From Promethearchaeati archaeon (GTDB taxonomy: Archaea; Asgardarchaeota; Atabeyarchaeia; Atabeyarchaeales; Atabeyarchaeaceae): 64,000 nt of DNA. Location: NCBI GenBank assembly GCA_019058495.1, contig JAHPYV010000001.1, positions 38,254 to 102,253 on the forward strand, given 5' to 3'. A program made the translations under genes and the position numbers. Below the pieces are notes generated by a model. The model saw nothing but the letters and a program-made list of their open reading frames with translations. It was not told the DNA's origin and did not search any database. Positions 48,141 to 57,193 of the stretch are shown piece by piece (the first letter of the stretch is position 1; every line of letters starts with the position of its first letter).

Positions 48141-49904
48141 ATGAAGCTGCCAAGAATGACATTGGAAGAGATAGTGAACAAAGTAGTCGAAGAGAAAGGT
48201 CTGTCAAGGAAACAGGTTTTTGATTTGATTGAGAAGAAGAAGAGAAATCTAAGCTGGATGATAAGTGATGAAGGAGCAGCAGACATAGTTGCGAAGGAAC
48301 TGGGGGTCGAAACTTATCCAAATTCTGGGGACGAGGACTTAAGTCTAACGATCGCTGACCTTGTTGCTGGCATGAACAATGTTATGATCACCGGTAGAGC
48401 CACCATGATAAAACCGATAAAGGAGTTCATCGACAAAAATGGTGGCAAGGGTATTGTTGCCAACTTGGCAATAGCTGACAAGAGCGGAAAAATAAAGGTC
48501 GTACTGTGGGGAGAAACAGCGAAACCCATTCAGGACAATAATATTGGCGAAGGTAGCATTGTCAGGATCCATAACGGGTATGTAAGAGAGGATTTGGCCG
48601 GTAGAACCGAGCTACATGTAGGGAGAAGGGGGCACATAGAAGTCAACCCCGCTGATATCAAGGAACAGGATCTTCCAGACAACTCAAAGAAGTTTACGGA
48701 AATACGCGATTTGACTGTGGACATGGCTGAAGTCAACGTCACTGGGGTTGTAAAGACAGTCTACGCCACTAGAATAGTTAAGACAAAAGAAGGAAGACAG
48801 GCAGAAATATCCAGCCTAATTATTACAGACGAAATGAATGCGAATCTCCGAGTTGTTTTCTGGAATGACAAGACTCCACTCATGGAGAACATAAGGAAAG
48901 GAGACGTTGTGGAGATCTTCTCAGGACGAGTGCGCATCAACAGAAACGGGGAGATTGAACTTCATGTGGATTCAACAACAAATGTCAAAGTGTATCCTGC
49001 TCACGCAGAAATTGACCACAAAACGAGAGAAGTCACGCATAGAATAATCGAGGTCAAACCGGAGCTTGCCAGTTTCTCAACAGAAGGTATCATCACAGAA
49101 CAACCCAATTTCAGAGAATTCGCTCGTGCTGATGGGGGAACTGGCAAAATCCTCTCATTCGTCATATCCGACGATTCCTCATCCATTAGGGTTGTAGCAT
49201 GGGGAGAACATGCTGAGAAACTGAAAAGCTTGAAAAAAGGATATACGGTTAGGATTGGGGACGGAAAATTGAGGGATGGAATGAAAGGTGAACTGGAGAT
49301 ACACATAAGAAATGCTGATTCGGTTGAGATTAAGAGCAAGAAAGATGCTACAACCATAGAGACTGAAACACTGAAGCGCGACTTTGCTCCTCCAGAAAAA
49401 AAGGATCAAATAACTCCTCGAAGGAGAATCAGTGAGCTCAGAGATAGAGAGACAGTTGAGATAAGAGGAATAATCACAAGAGTCAACAGCAAGAGCCCAG
49501 TCTATATGGCTTGCCCGAAATGTTTGCGCAAAGTGGATAGCAAGAATGGAGAATGGCTCTGTTCAAAAGACGGTAATATTGTGGAGCCAACCATGAGAGT
49601 CCTATATAACCTGATTATTGATGATGGCACTGGCACTATAACATGCACACTGTCCGGAAGACCTGGAGAAGAGTTACTGGAAATGGAGCCCAATGATATG
49701 GTTTCAGGTAGCGAAGTTGAAGACAGACTCAACGAATTCAATCTTTCAGACTTACTTGGAATGGATATAGTTTTCGTCGGAAGATATTACTTGGACCAAA
49801 AACTGACGAGGAAGGGTTTTAGGGTCACGAGAATAATCAAACCAGACCCAAGAGTTGAGGCCAAGATATTACTTGAACATATCAAGAATGATTTTGCATG
49901 TTGA
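48141..49904 (+). CDS. rpa: Replication protein A large subunit (multi-OB-fold ssDNA-binding protein with Zn-finger)
   Basis: N-terminal helical domain (LSRKQVFDLIEKKKRNLSWMISDEGAADIVAKELGV), repeated OB-fold units (G.I.V.LWGE / VVFWND / VVAWGE) and CPKC...C zinc motif. Confidence 0.85.
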   Translation: MKLPRMTLEEIVNKVVEEKGLSRKQVFDLIEKKKRNLSWMISDEGAADIVAKELGVETYPNSGDEDLSLTIADLVAGMNNVMITGRATMIKPIKEFIDKNGGKGIVANLAIADKSGKIKVVLWGETAKPIQDNNIGEGSIVRIHNGYVREDLAGRTELHVGRRGHIEVNPADIKEQDLPDNSKKFTEIRDLTVDMAEVNVTGVVKTVYATRIVKTKEGRQAEISSLIITDEMNANLRVVFWNDKTPLMENIRKGDVVEIFSGRVRINRNGEIELHVDSTTNVKVYPAHAEIDHKTREVTHRIIEVKPELASFSTEGIITEQPNFREFARADGGTGKILSFVISDDSSSIRVVAWGEHAEKLKSLKKGYTVRIGDGKLRDGMKGELEIHIRNADSVEIKSKKDATTIETETLKRDFAPPEKKDQITPRRRISELRDRETVEIRGIITRVNSKSPVYMACPKCLRKVDSKNGEWLCSKDGNIVEPTMRVLYNLIIDDGTGTITCTLSGRPGEELLEMEPNDMVSGSEVEDRLNEFNLSDLLGMDIVFVGRYYLDQKLTRKGFRVTRIIKPDPRVEAKILLEHIKNDFAC

Positions 49905-50012
49905 AAGGCAAACTTCTTTAAAAGGACTAGTACTAGCTATATCAATAAGGTTAAAATGCGATGTCATCGTGTTGGTCAGAAGAGGACTGCTTGCTGCACG
50001 GTTGTGATCCAG

Positions 50013-50249
50013 ATGGGTAGAAGACGCAGAAAGGTAATAAAGAGAGTTACGAAGAGAATACCGACACTATTCACTTGTCCATCATGTGGAAACAAGTCGA
50101 TAAAGATCAACCTTGACAGAGACCATAATGAGGCAACAGTCAGGTGTGGGAACTGTGGAATCAACGCCAAACTAAGTACTAGTAGACTTACTGAGCAAGT
50201 AGATGCCTATGGATTGTTCATCGACGAGTACTACAAGAAACAGAAATAA
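50013..50249 (+). CDS. elf1: Transcription elongation factor Elf1 homologue (zinc ribbon)
   Basis: MGRRRRK...LFTCPSCGNKSIKINLDRDHNEATVRCGNCGINAKL...LTEQVDAYGLFIDEY aligns by eye with eukaryotic Elf1 (FTCLFCNHE...CKICG...VDVYSDWFD). ATG 50013 preferred over track start 49956. Confidence 0.8.
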   Translation: MGRRRRKVIKRVTKRIPTLFTCPSCGNKSIKINLDRDHNEATVRCGNCGINAKLSTSRLTEQVDAYGLFIDEYYKKQK

Positions 50250-50275
50250 GATTTCATTGCACTACTTTTCATCGT

Positions 50276-51166
50276 CTAATGCGTGTTGATTATTGGGAAC
50301 TGGATCCCAAAGTAGAACATTAGGAGCCCAACTGCTGCGCCACACAGAGACGAGATGAAGTTCACCCAGTTGTTTCCTAGCGCTCTCCAACCTTTCACCA
50401 GTTCTGCAGGTTCATTGCAATGGATGCTATGCTCAGTTAGTTTCTTGCAGGCTTTGCATGTGTACATTGCTTGTACAGAAGCTCCGAGAATACTGTCTAC
50501 AGTACTTCCAACGAATGCTGACACAACACAAATGGTTAAAAAGTTCGGGCCGAAGGCTAGGATTCCCTCGTTAGGCACGAGACCTGTTGTGACAGCTAGT
50601 ATCCAAGCAACGCATCCAATCAGGAGCCCTCCACCAATAACAGCAATCTCACCAAGCGGCGAAACGCCTCCAGATGTTCCTGCTGGAACCTTTTTCTTCA
50701 GGTTTGTAATCAGCCTGGGCTCTCTTGGGTAAAGAAGCCCGATCTCCGTTGCAAGTGTATCAGCCGTAGTAGTCGATATTGCTGCTATGAATGCAGCAAA
50801 GAATATGTCTGCACTCTGGCCAAAATAAAGTGGGTATATTTTCTCAGACACAGCGAAAATCGCTGGAATTGCTCCATTTGCGAAGACGTTCCCCCATGCG
50901 CGGGCTCCTTTCTTCCCTTCAGCTACTCCCAGTTTCCTCTTGTATTCATATTTGAAATGTGTGAACTGGGCAGTAACTAGATGAAAAGTCAAGATCAAGA
51001 TGAACCAAGGCCAACCACCGAAAATCCAGATGGATAGTCCCACTACAAGCCCTGCGATCAACCCAGACAGATTCACTGCCTTTACCTTTATCGAGAATAC
51101 GCCGAATCCGCCGACGACAATCAAACCGATAAGAAGGTAAAGTAGATCGAAATTTGGTGGACCCAT
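50276..51166 (-). CDS. DUF92/TMEM19-family (TIGR00297) integral membrane protein
   Basis: Polytopic. VPAGTSGGVSPLGEIAVIGGG resembles the conserved DUF92 glycine-rich segment. Embedded CKACKK...HC motif. Confidence 0.55.
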   Translation of the reverse strand: MGPPNFDLLYLLIGLIVVGGFGVFSIKVKAVNLSGLIAGLVVGLSIWIFGGWPWFILILTFHLVTAQFTHFKYEYKRKLGVAEGKKGARAWGNVFANGAIPAIFAVSEKIYPLYFGQSADIFFAAFIAAISTTTADTLATEIGLLYPREPRLITNLKKKVPAGTSGGVSPLGEIAVIGGGLLIGCVAWILAVTTGLVPNEGILAFGPNFLTICVVSAFVGSTVDSILGASVQAMYTCKACKKLTEHSIHCNEPAELVKGWRALGNNWVNFISSLCGAAVGLLMFYFGIQFPIINTH

Positions 51167-51382
51167 TCTCCTTCATCCTCATTGGATTATGTTAACAGGA
51201 AATTTGTGCCTCAGTGGACAGCTTGGTTTGATTTTCATGGGAATATCGCTGTACTCACGAATCGAACTATATCCTTCGATAAACTGAATAAAAGTGTTAT
51301 GCAGTTCAACGCAAAGTGCTTCGACAAATACCGAAAAATGTTTATTTAATCGTCAAATGGCTCAGGAAAATGCGGGGGCATA

Positions 51383-51805
51383 CTATATATCTAGGACAAA
51401 ACGAACCTTGGATCCGTTTCCAGAACTGATGATCTGCATTTCAGCGTACGTAATTGCTTTGACCTCGATTCTTGCTCCATGCTTTCTCCGGTCATATAGT
51501 TCGCCTCGTGCCTCTCCTGAGCCTCTGAGATTCTCCCCATTTTCAGATATACCAAATCTAAACTGTGAGAATGCCGTTCCATCCACATTGAATCTGAAAA
51601 GAAGCTCTTCCAACCACGAATACAACAGACTCTCCAGATCGTTTCCCGTTACCTCAACTTTTAGAATTGATTCTGGCTCAACCTTGGACACGTCAAGCAT
51701 AACTTCGAACATTGCCTTTGCAGCAAACGAGAATGCTTCACCCATAGATGCGCCGTATGCTTCGATCATGACATCAGCGGTGTGTTCCAAGAACTTATAT
51801 CCCAT
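51383..51805 (-). CDS. Archease (RtcB tRNA-ligase cofactor)
   Basis: MGYKFLEHTADVMIEAYG N-terminus and KAITYAEMQI near the C-terminus are archease hallmarks. Confidence 0.9.
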   Translation of the reverse strand: MGYKFLEHTADVMIEAYGASMGEAFSFAAKAMFEVMLDVSKVEPESILKVEVTGNDLESLLYSWLEELLFRFNVDGTAFSQFRFGISENGENLRGSGEARGELYDRRKHGARIEVKAITYAEMQIISSGNGSKVRFVLDI

Positions 51806-51965
51806 ATCAATTAACTCCGATGCCGTACTGAAATGTTAGTTGAGGCTATATCTCATCAGATTGGCACAGAAGACAAAACGTGCACTTGTTAGATGAAATT
51901 GGGCGCCATCGATAGCATTCATCCCTTCCAATGAAGGTGTTCAGGTAGTTCTCTAGGATCTGTCG

Positions 51966-52108
51966 TGGCGCCGGGGGTGGGATTTGAACCCACGCGCCCT
52001 TTCGGGCACAGACTTAGCAGGCTTGAGCCTTTTCGAGATATATTCGTCTGCTCCCTACCAGGTTCCCCGAGTTTCGCGGAGAACATCCTCTCTCTAGGAC
52101 ACCCCGGC
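51966..52108 (-). tRNA. tRNA-Ser (most likely anticodon GCU) with two introns (about 31 nt in the D-loop, about 25 nt at the 31/32 stem-loop junction); CCA encoded
   Basis: Minus strand: GCCGGGG TG TCCTAG|AGAGAGGATGTTCTCCGCGAAACTCGGGGAA|CCTGGTAGGGA G CAGAC|GAATATATCTCGAAAAGGCTCAAGC|CTGCTAA GTCTG TGCCCGAAAGGGCGC GTGGG TTCAAAT CCCAC CCCCGGC G CCA. The long variable arm and G73 fit Ser. Confidence 0.7.
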
Positions 52109-52178
52109 ACGCATTCTATTGAAACGCGCCACGATTCAGCAGAACGTCACAGCTGATTGATCTTCACTTCAGGAAACC

Positions 52179-52186
52179 TTTATATT
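52179..52186 (+). promoter_or_regulatory. TATA-box-like element for the SRP RNA gene
   Basis: TTTATATT centred about 25 nt upstream of the first G of the predicted SRP RNA, preceded by a purine-rich AGGAAAC (BRE-like). Confidence 0.45.
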
Positions 52187-52207
52187 TAATTTTTCGGTAT
52201 GCAGATT

Positions 52208-52556
52208 GGGGTTATGCTCCTAGGCGGGGGGCTAGGGACTCAGGTCAATACCTCGCCTGGGCTAGAACTCCCCTGTACCGCAAACGCCCTATACGGCGGG
52301 CCGAATGCCGGCTTGAGGCGTTTCAAGCATCCGCGCAGCCTTTCCCGAGGTATGTGAAGCCTCGCCCTGGAGGGTGTCTGGTGGTCGAACATTTCCTGTA
52401 GGGGAAATGGAGAAGATCGTTGCAGACAAACCCGACGAGGGCCGGGAGGCAGCAGTCGTAAGTTTGGCTAGGTGCGCTTCCAGGATCACGGGGTGGATTT
52501 CCTAGGATGGGTGTTGGCTGGTGTGAGGGACGTCGACGGTCGGGGTCCATAACCCC
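52208..52556 (+). ncRNA. Signal recognition particle RNA (7S/SRP RNA)
   Basis: GC-rich island. The 5' GGGGTTATG pairs with the 3' CATAACCCC (helix 1). Alu-domain-like CTAGGCGGGGGGCT...CTCCCCTGTACCGCAAACGCC. The helix-8-like GGCCGGGAGGCAGCAGTCGTAAG resembles GGCCCGGAAGGGAGCAACGGTAGG of archaeal SRP RNAs as I recall them. Confidence 0.75.
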
Positions 52557-52571
52557 ACTAATTTCAAAACT

Positions 52572-53504
52572 TCACTTTTGAGACAACTCTGATAAGAGTT
52601 TGCACACATTACACTGCCTTCCTGAAGAAGGCTCTCCACATTGTTCGCATTCGGTGAAATCAGAGTCGGTACAATAGTTTCTCAGAGCAGGTGCCAAATC
52701 ATCTAGGAACTTAAGTACACCATATTTTATCCCAGGTCTTTTGTCATCAAGTCTATTCAATGTGGATTCTATCTCACCTCTTAACACATTAAAGGAGTAT
52801 GGACACTGCTGCGAGTGGAACTCAATTCCTTTATAATAAGCGTATAGTATAGTCTCTCGCTCAGGAATTGTCCGAAGTGGCTTGATCCGAGGAACAAAGT
52901 TCTCGTTTTTGGCTGAAGTGTCCTGCAAGAGTCTTGCCAAGCGATGGATGTCCGAGCGAAAGACGTTCAGAAGTATGCTTTGAGCCTCATCATCAAGATT
53001 ATGTCCGACAGCCAGTTTGGACGCCCCTAGCTCTCTAGCTTTCTGGTTCAGCGCTCTTCTTCTGAGGGAGCCGCAGAAGGCACATGCACTAGCACCTAGT
53101 TCTTTGACATGTTCATTCTGCATTATCTCATCAATAGTACAGCCAAAGATGTCTTTGAACGTCGATATTTCCTGTGGTATGTTCAGTGCTGAGGCGTTCT
53201 TCTTTGCAATCTCAATACTCTGTTCGCGGTAACCTGATATGCCCTCGTCGATCGTTATGGCTACTAAGCTTGAATTTGGAAAGTTTTCCTCAATTCTCTT
53301 CAATATGTGAAGCAACACCACGCTGTCCTTGCCACCAGACAATCCCACTGCTGTCTTATCTTCTTCTCTAAGCATCTTGTGAGCTGCAATCGCGCGTTTG
53401 ACTCTGACTTCAATTGATTTGGTAAAGCAACTTTTGCAGAGGTATTCTCCAGAGTAAGGTCTAAAAGTCACGGCGTTCTTACTGCATTTTGAACATTTCT
53501 GCAA
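52572..53504 (-). CDS. PP-loop tRNA 2-thiolation enzyme (Ncs6/NcsA/TtuA family)
   Basis: N-terminal Zn finger CSKCSK...CKSCF, PP-loop SGGKDS, C-terminal CEQCG...CNVC. Confidence 0.8.
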   Translation of the reverse strand: MQKCSKCSKNAVTFRPYSGEYLCKSCFTKSIEVRVKRAIAAHKMLREEDKTAVGLSGGKDSVVLLHILKRIEENFPNSSLVAITIDEGISGYREQSIEIAKKNASALNIPQEISTFKDIFGCTIDEIMQNEHVKELGASACAFCGSLRRRALNQKARELGASKLAVGHNLDDEAQSILLNVFRSDIHRLARLLQDTSAKNENFVPRIKPLRTIPERETILYAYYKGIEFHSQQCPYSFNVLRGEIESTLNRLDDKRPGIKYGVLKFLDDLAPALRNYCTDSDFTECEQCGEPSSGRQCNVCKLLSELSQK

Positions 53505-53725
53505 ATCTGAGACGCCTCAACCTTGAACAGCATTGGTTTTCATTATATTTGACCAGATCCGGGTGAACATTTTTTAGCGGCGATGCGGATCAATTAAGCC
53601 TTAACACACTATCATACGTGCTGGATAAGAACAAGTATTCCGCGTGACTCACCTCCGCCTGCGTTAGATTTTAGCGGCAACATTTGTTATAAACTTATTG
53701 GGTAAAGCAAGCACAAGGACGAATT

Positions 53726-55039
53726 ATGATGACTAAAGAGATCAATCTATCTGAGCTGTTTCCTATCCATGCTGAAATTGAAGGAAACAGGATCATAATT
53801 CAACTACACAACATCATTGTTGGCGATTTGTCATTAAGTCAATTCAAGAAGTCTCTCAAGAAAAACCTGATTCTCGATCAAACAGAGCTAGATGTTGCAG
53901 TGAGAGGTGACCAACTCGTACTTGAAATCGGTAGTCCCTTTGGAAATGTAGATGAAAAGCGAATAGCAAACACTGCAGGACAATTAATCTCAAACCTTCT
54001 TTATCCAACACTGCGGAATCAGGTAACAAGAAACAAACTAGTTTACATAACAAAAGCAACTGGGATCCCGCTAATAGGGCGTATTGATTTTGGCATTATC
54101 GACAGGGGTACGAATCTACTTCAGATTAGACCCATAACAGGATGCGTACTGGACTGCCCCTTCTGCTCTGTTGACAGTGGATCTAGATCTAAGACGCGGA
54201 TTACTGATTTCATCATCGATTCGGACTACTTGGCCGACGAAGCAAAGAAACTCTGTGAATTCAAAGGTTCTAGGAGTATTGAGCTTCACATTGATGGACA
54301 GGGTGAACCAACTCTCTATCCCTATTTGCCTGCCCTAATTAAGGACTTCTCGGTGATCCGCGGTGTGGAGACAATATCGCTTCAAACAAATGGAGCACCA
54401 TTGACTGAGAAGCTTATTGACCAGCTGGAGACTGCCGGTCTATCTCGTATAAACCTCTCGCTCAATTCCTTGGATCATAACAAGGCATGTGAATTATCAG
54501 GCAATGCGGGGTATAGTCTAAGCCATATTCTAGGGATCATAGAGCATATCATGAGATCTCAGATTTCCTTACTAATAGCGCCGTTATGGATCCCTGGATT
54601 TAACGATGAGGAGATCTTAGGTATAATACGATTTGTGAAAAAACTTGGGATCGAGTCCAAGTGGCCTGTTCTCGGGTTACAGAATTATCTTGTTCATCGG
54701 CACGGCAGAAGAATGAAAGGAGTTAGACCTGAATCTATGAAACATTTTCGATGGAAGTTAGAGAGAATAGAAAGAGCATTTGAATTCTTTCCTCTTTTGC
54801 TGAGACATGGTGATTTTCATATAGTACCGATGAATAGTTACCCCAAGCCTTTCAGGAAAGGAGAAATCGCAGAGATCGAAATCCTTGGAGCAGGTCGAAT
54901 GTCTGGTGAAATGCTTGGAGTGGGAAGGGGAAGGTCTCTACACGTTCTAACAAATGAGAAAGATATCAATCGAAAAACGCGTGTGCGCATCACCCGAACT
55001 AAGCACAACATATTCATTGGCAATCCAGTTGGTCACTAG
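53726..55039 (+). CDS. Radical SAM protein (COG2100-like)
   Basis: Canonical CX3CX2C: GCVLDCPFCSVD. 437 aa with N- and C-terminal extra domains. Confidence 0.65.
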   Translation: MMTKEINLSELFPIHAEIEGNRIIIQLHNIIVGDLSLSQFKKSLKKNLILDQTELDVAVRGDQLVLEIGSPFGNVDEKRIANTAGQLISNLLYPTLRNQVTRNKLVYITKATGIPLIGRIDFGIIDRGTNLLQIRPITGCVLDCPFCSVDSGSRSKTRITDFIIDSDYLADEAKKLCEFKGSRSIELHIDGQGEPTLYPYLPALIKDFSVIRGVETISLQTNGAPLTEKLIDQLETAGLSRINLSLNSLDHNKACELSGNAGYSLSHILGIIEHIMRSQISLLIAPLWIPGFNDEEILGIIRFVKKLGIESKWPVLGLQNYLVHRHGRRMKGVRPESMKHFRWKLERIERAFEFFPLLLRHGDFHIVPMNSYPKPFRKGEIAEIEILGAGRMSGEMLGVGRGRSLHVLTNEKDINRKTRVRITRTKHNIFIGNPVGH

Positions 55040-55090
55040 TGTGTTTGTGCTGACTTGAATGAACTGAACTGCTAGAGAAATGGCAGGAAC

Positions 55091-56326
55091 TCAGTCCGTG
55101 CCATCTAAACCTCCTTTCTTAAGTCTGGAAAGAATATCATGGAGTCTCTCCTCTAGGATGCTTGCTGGGATGTCATATAGTGTTATTCTGCCATGTCTTC
55201 CTCGCTTACCCTTTTCAACAGGACCTACAATCAGCCCCATGAATCCCAAGTTAAGTAATAGGGTTGCGTTTTTCCTGAAACTTGGCTTCAACTGTGGCGA
55301 GAACCCTTCTTCTTCACAAACTAATCGATAATAGTCGTAGGCGTCGTCTATAGTTGTCGATGTTGACCCTCTGCTGTTTAGAGACCTAGCTATTCCTAGC
55401 GCTGTTAGGATTTCATGTGATTTCAGAGTGTAGAATATGTCGTATCGCAATTCGGGATATACACTTTCCTTCGCATGCCGAATCATGTCCGCTGTCAGCT
55501 GGCTCTTGCCATCAGAATCAGCTCTTTTGCCCGCTTGGTAGAGTATTTCGATGCCATGTCTAGCATTTCTTGTGCTTGCTGCTATCTCCGCCGCCATTTG
55601 CAGAATCTCTTCCGGAACCACCCCAGGTATGAAAGCCATATCTGCTCTGTAGCGCAGTATTTCCAGGAGATCTTCTTTATCATAGCTACTCATGTTTATC
55701 TGATCGTGGATGTGTCCTGATAGAGGGGCACTCAACATGACCCTCCACTCAGATGGGCGACTTATGACAACCGTTGAAATGCGTGATTGACCAAATCCAT
55801 ATACTTCAGGTGCGTGTAACATGCTCAGTATTTCTTCCCCGCCTAGAATCGGGGCCTCATCGAGCACTACTATGAGCTTCGCATTCTCACTGACGAGTCT
55901 TTTGACTAGCATGCTTAGAAGTTCTTCATCTGAAAAACCACGACTCAAGATGTGAAAGTGCTCAGTAAGCAAGTTCCTTAAAACCGCGCTCTTTGTGCGA
56001 AAAGTATAGCAATTGAAATACTCAAAGAGTATTCTTATGCCCTTCTTTGAGGCAGCTTGAGCTATCTTCTCCATAACAAACTTGGCGAGCGCTGATTTGC
56101 CCGTGCCTGCTTCGCCTATTATTGCTACATTAACAGCGAAGGCCCCATCTCTTATGAGAAGAGGTCTGAAATTCTGTGCCAAGCGCATTACTTCGTGCTG
56201 TCTGCGTGGAAGCCTTGGAGGGACGTATTCCGAGAGCAAAGTAGCCTCGTTTCTAAAAACTGATTTCCCAAATAGAATCTCTTCGACTGCGTTGTCTTCC
56301 AACCTTAATCGACCTAGCTGCGGCAA
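55091..56326 (-). CDS. cdc6: Orc1/Cdc6 replication initiator
   Basis: LSEYVPPRLPRRQHE N-terminal pattern, Walker A GEAGTGKS, Walker B VVLDEA, C-terminal winged helix. TTG start. Confidence 0.9.
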   Translation of the reverse strand: MPQLGRLRLEDNAVEEILFGKSVFRNEATLLSEYVPPRLPRRQHEVMRLAQNFRPLLIRDGAFAVNVAIIGEAGTGKSALAKFVMEKIAQAASKKGIRILFEYFNCYTFRTKSAVLRNLLTEHFHILSRGFSDEELLSMLVKRLVSENAKLIVVLDEAPILGGEEILSMLHAPEVYGFGQSRISTVVISRPSEWRVMLSAPLSGHIHDQINMSSYDKEDLLEILRYRADMAFIPGVVPEEILQMAAEIAASTRNARHGIEILYQAGKRADSDGKSQLTADMIRHAKESVYPELRYDIFYTLKSHEILTALGIARSLNSRGSTSTTIDDAYDYYRLVCEEEGFSPQLKPSFRKNATLLLNLGFMGLIVGPVEKGKRGRHGRITLYDIPASILEERLHDILSRLKKGGLDGTD

Positions 56327-56372
56327 ACTAAAGGCTATGATCGAAATTCTTCAACCTGGGATTCGTGCGGTT

Positions 56373-56531
56373 CTACATGGTCTGACCCATCGGTCTATTA
56401 TGAAGAATTCGCTTAACGTAATTAAGCCTGCCTCTGATTCTTGGAGAAGCCTTACTTCTATCTGCTCCCTCAACCTTGGGAGTTTGCTTTCTGACTTTAC
56501 CTGCTTTCGCTACAGAGCCGTGTGATGGCAC
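56373..56531 (-). CDS. rps30e: 30S ribosomal protein eS30 (S30e); 52 codons, not in the ORF track
   Basis: Own translation from GTG (56529-56531, minus strand): MPSHGSVAKAGKVRKQTPKVEGADRSKASPRIRGRLNYVKRILHNRPMGQTM-stop (TAG at 56373-56375). MPSHGSL.KAGKVR.QTPKV is the signature eS30 N-terminus. Confidence 0.8.
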   Translation of the reverse strand: MPSHGSVAKAGKVRKQTPKVEGADRSKASPRIRGRLNYVKRILHNRPMGQTM

Positions 56532-56577
56532 ATCCGGTCCCTCCCAGATGGTATCTGCAAATGGAGAAGGTACAAAG

Positions 56578-56982
56578 CTATTTATTGATTTCCGTCTTGG
56601 TAGGATTCCACAAAGAGATAAAGCTTTTCATGGCTTTTACGATCAAATTCTCATTTCTAATACGGTATATCCGAATTCTTCCGAAGTCCTTCTCGTCGAC
56701 AAGCCCAGCACGTTTCAGCAAGTCCAGATGGTGCACCACAGAGTTGTGGTTCAATCTGCTCAGTCTGACAATCTTAGATACATTGAGTTCTCCATTCTTC
56801 AGTAACATCCTTATGATTCTAATACGCCCTTTTGACGATAGTATCTCTTCAATAGGGACAGGAATATTCTGCTTGTTGTGGATCTCATCCGTTTTGAGTA
56901 ACATGTGCCGGGTTCCTCCGTCAGCGGGCGATAATAACTCGACGAGGTTCTCGAGGTCAACAATTTGAGCTGCAAACTTCAA
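56578..56982 (-). CDS. ArsR-family winged-helix transcriptional regulator
   Basis: SKGRIRIIRMLLKNGELNVSKIVRLSRLNHNSVVHHLDLLKRAGLV is the ArsR/SmtB HTH pattern. Confidence 0.75.
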   Translation of the reverse strand: MKFAAQIVDLENLVELLSPADGGTRHMLLKTDEIHNKQNIPVPIEEILSSKGRIRIIRMLLKNGELNVSKIVRLSRLNHNSVVHHLDLLKRAGLVDEKDFGRIRIYRIRNENLIVKAMKSFISLWNPTKTEINK

Positions 56983-57193
56983 CTCTAGGAATGGAAGCTC
57001 CCGATATTATAGAGGTGGGGGGAGTGAAGTAAAAGTAAATCTGGATGAATTATCTCTTAAAACAAGATAAGGACTCAGAACTCAAGATCCTCATTCATCC
57101 AAGTATCAGTGGGGTCAGAGTCATCATCGTTAGTTCAACTTGAGCATAGAAGGTTAATAACTTTTCGCATAAAGGTGTTCCTGAATTGAAAAT

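Noticed and set aside
52289-52550. Two minus-strand ORFs (66 and 75 aa) in the GC-rich island.
   Set aside because: The region folds as an SRP RNA on the plus strand. The peptides are Pro/Arg/Gly-rich artefacts of GC-rich RNA sequence.
56327-57193. Searched for a replication origin (ORB/mini-ORB repeats, AT-rich unwinding element) flanking orc1/cdc6.
   Set aside because: The upstream gap is filled by rps30e and an ArsR-like gene. The remaining spacers (56327-56372, 56532-56577, 56983-57193) show no repeated ORB-like elements and no marked AT-rich tract that I can see. An origin here cannot be supported from sequence alone.
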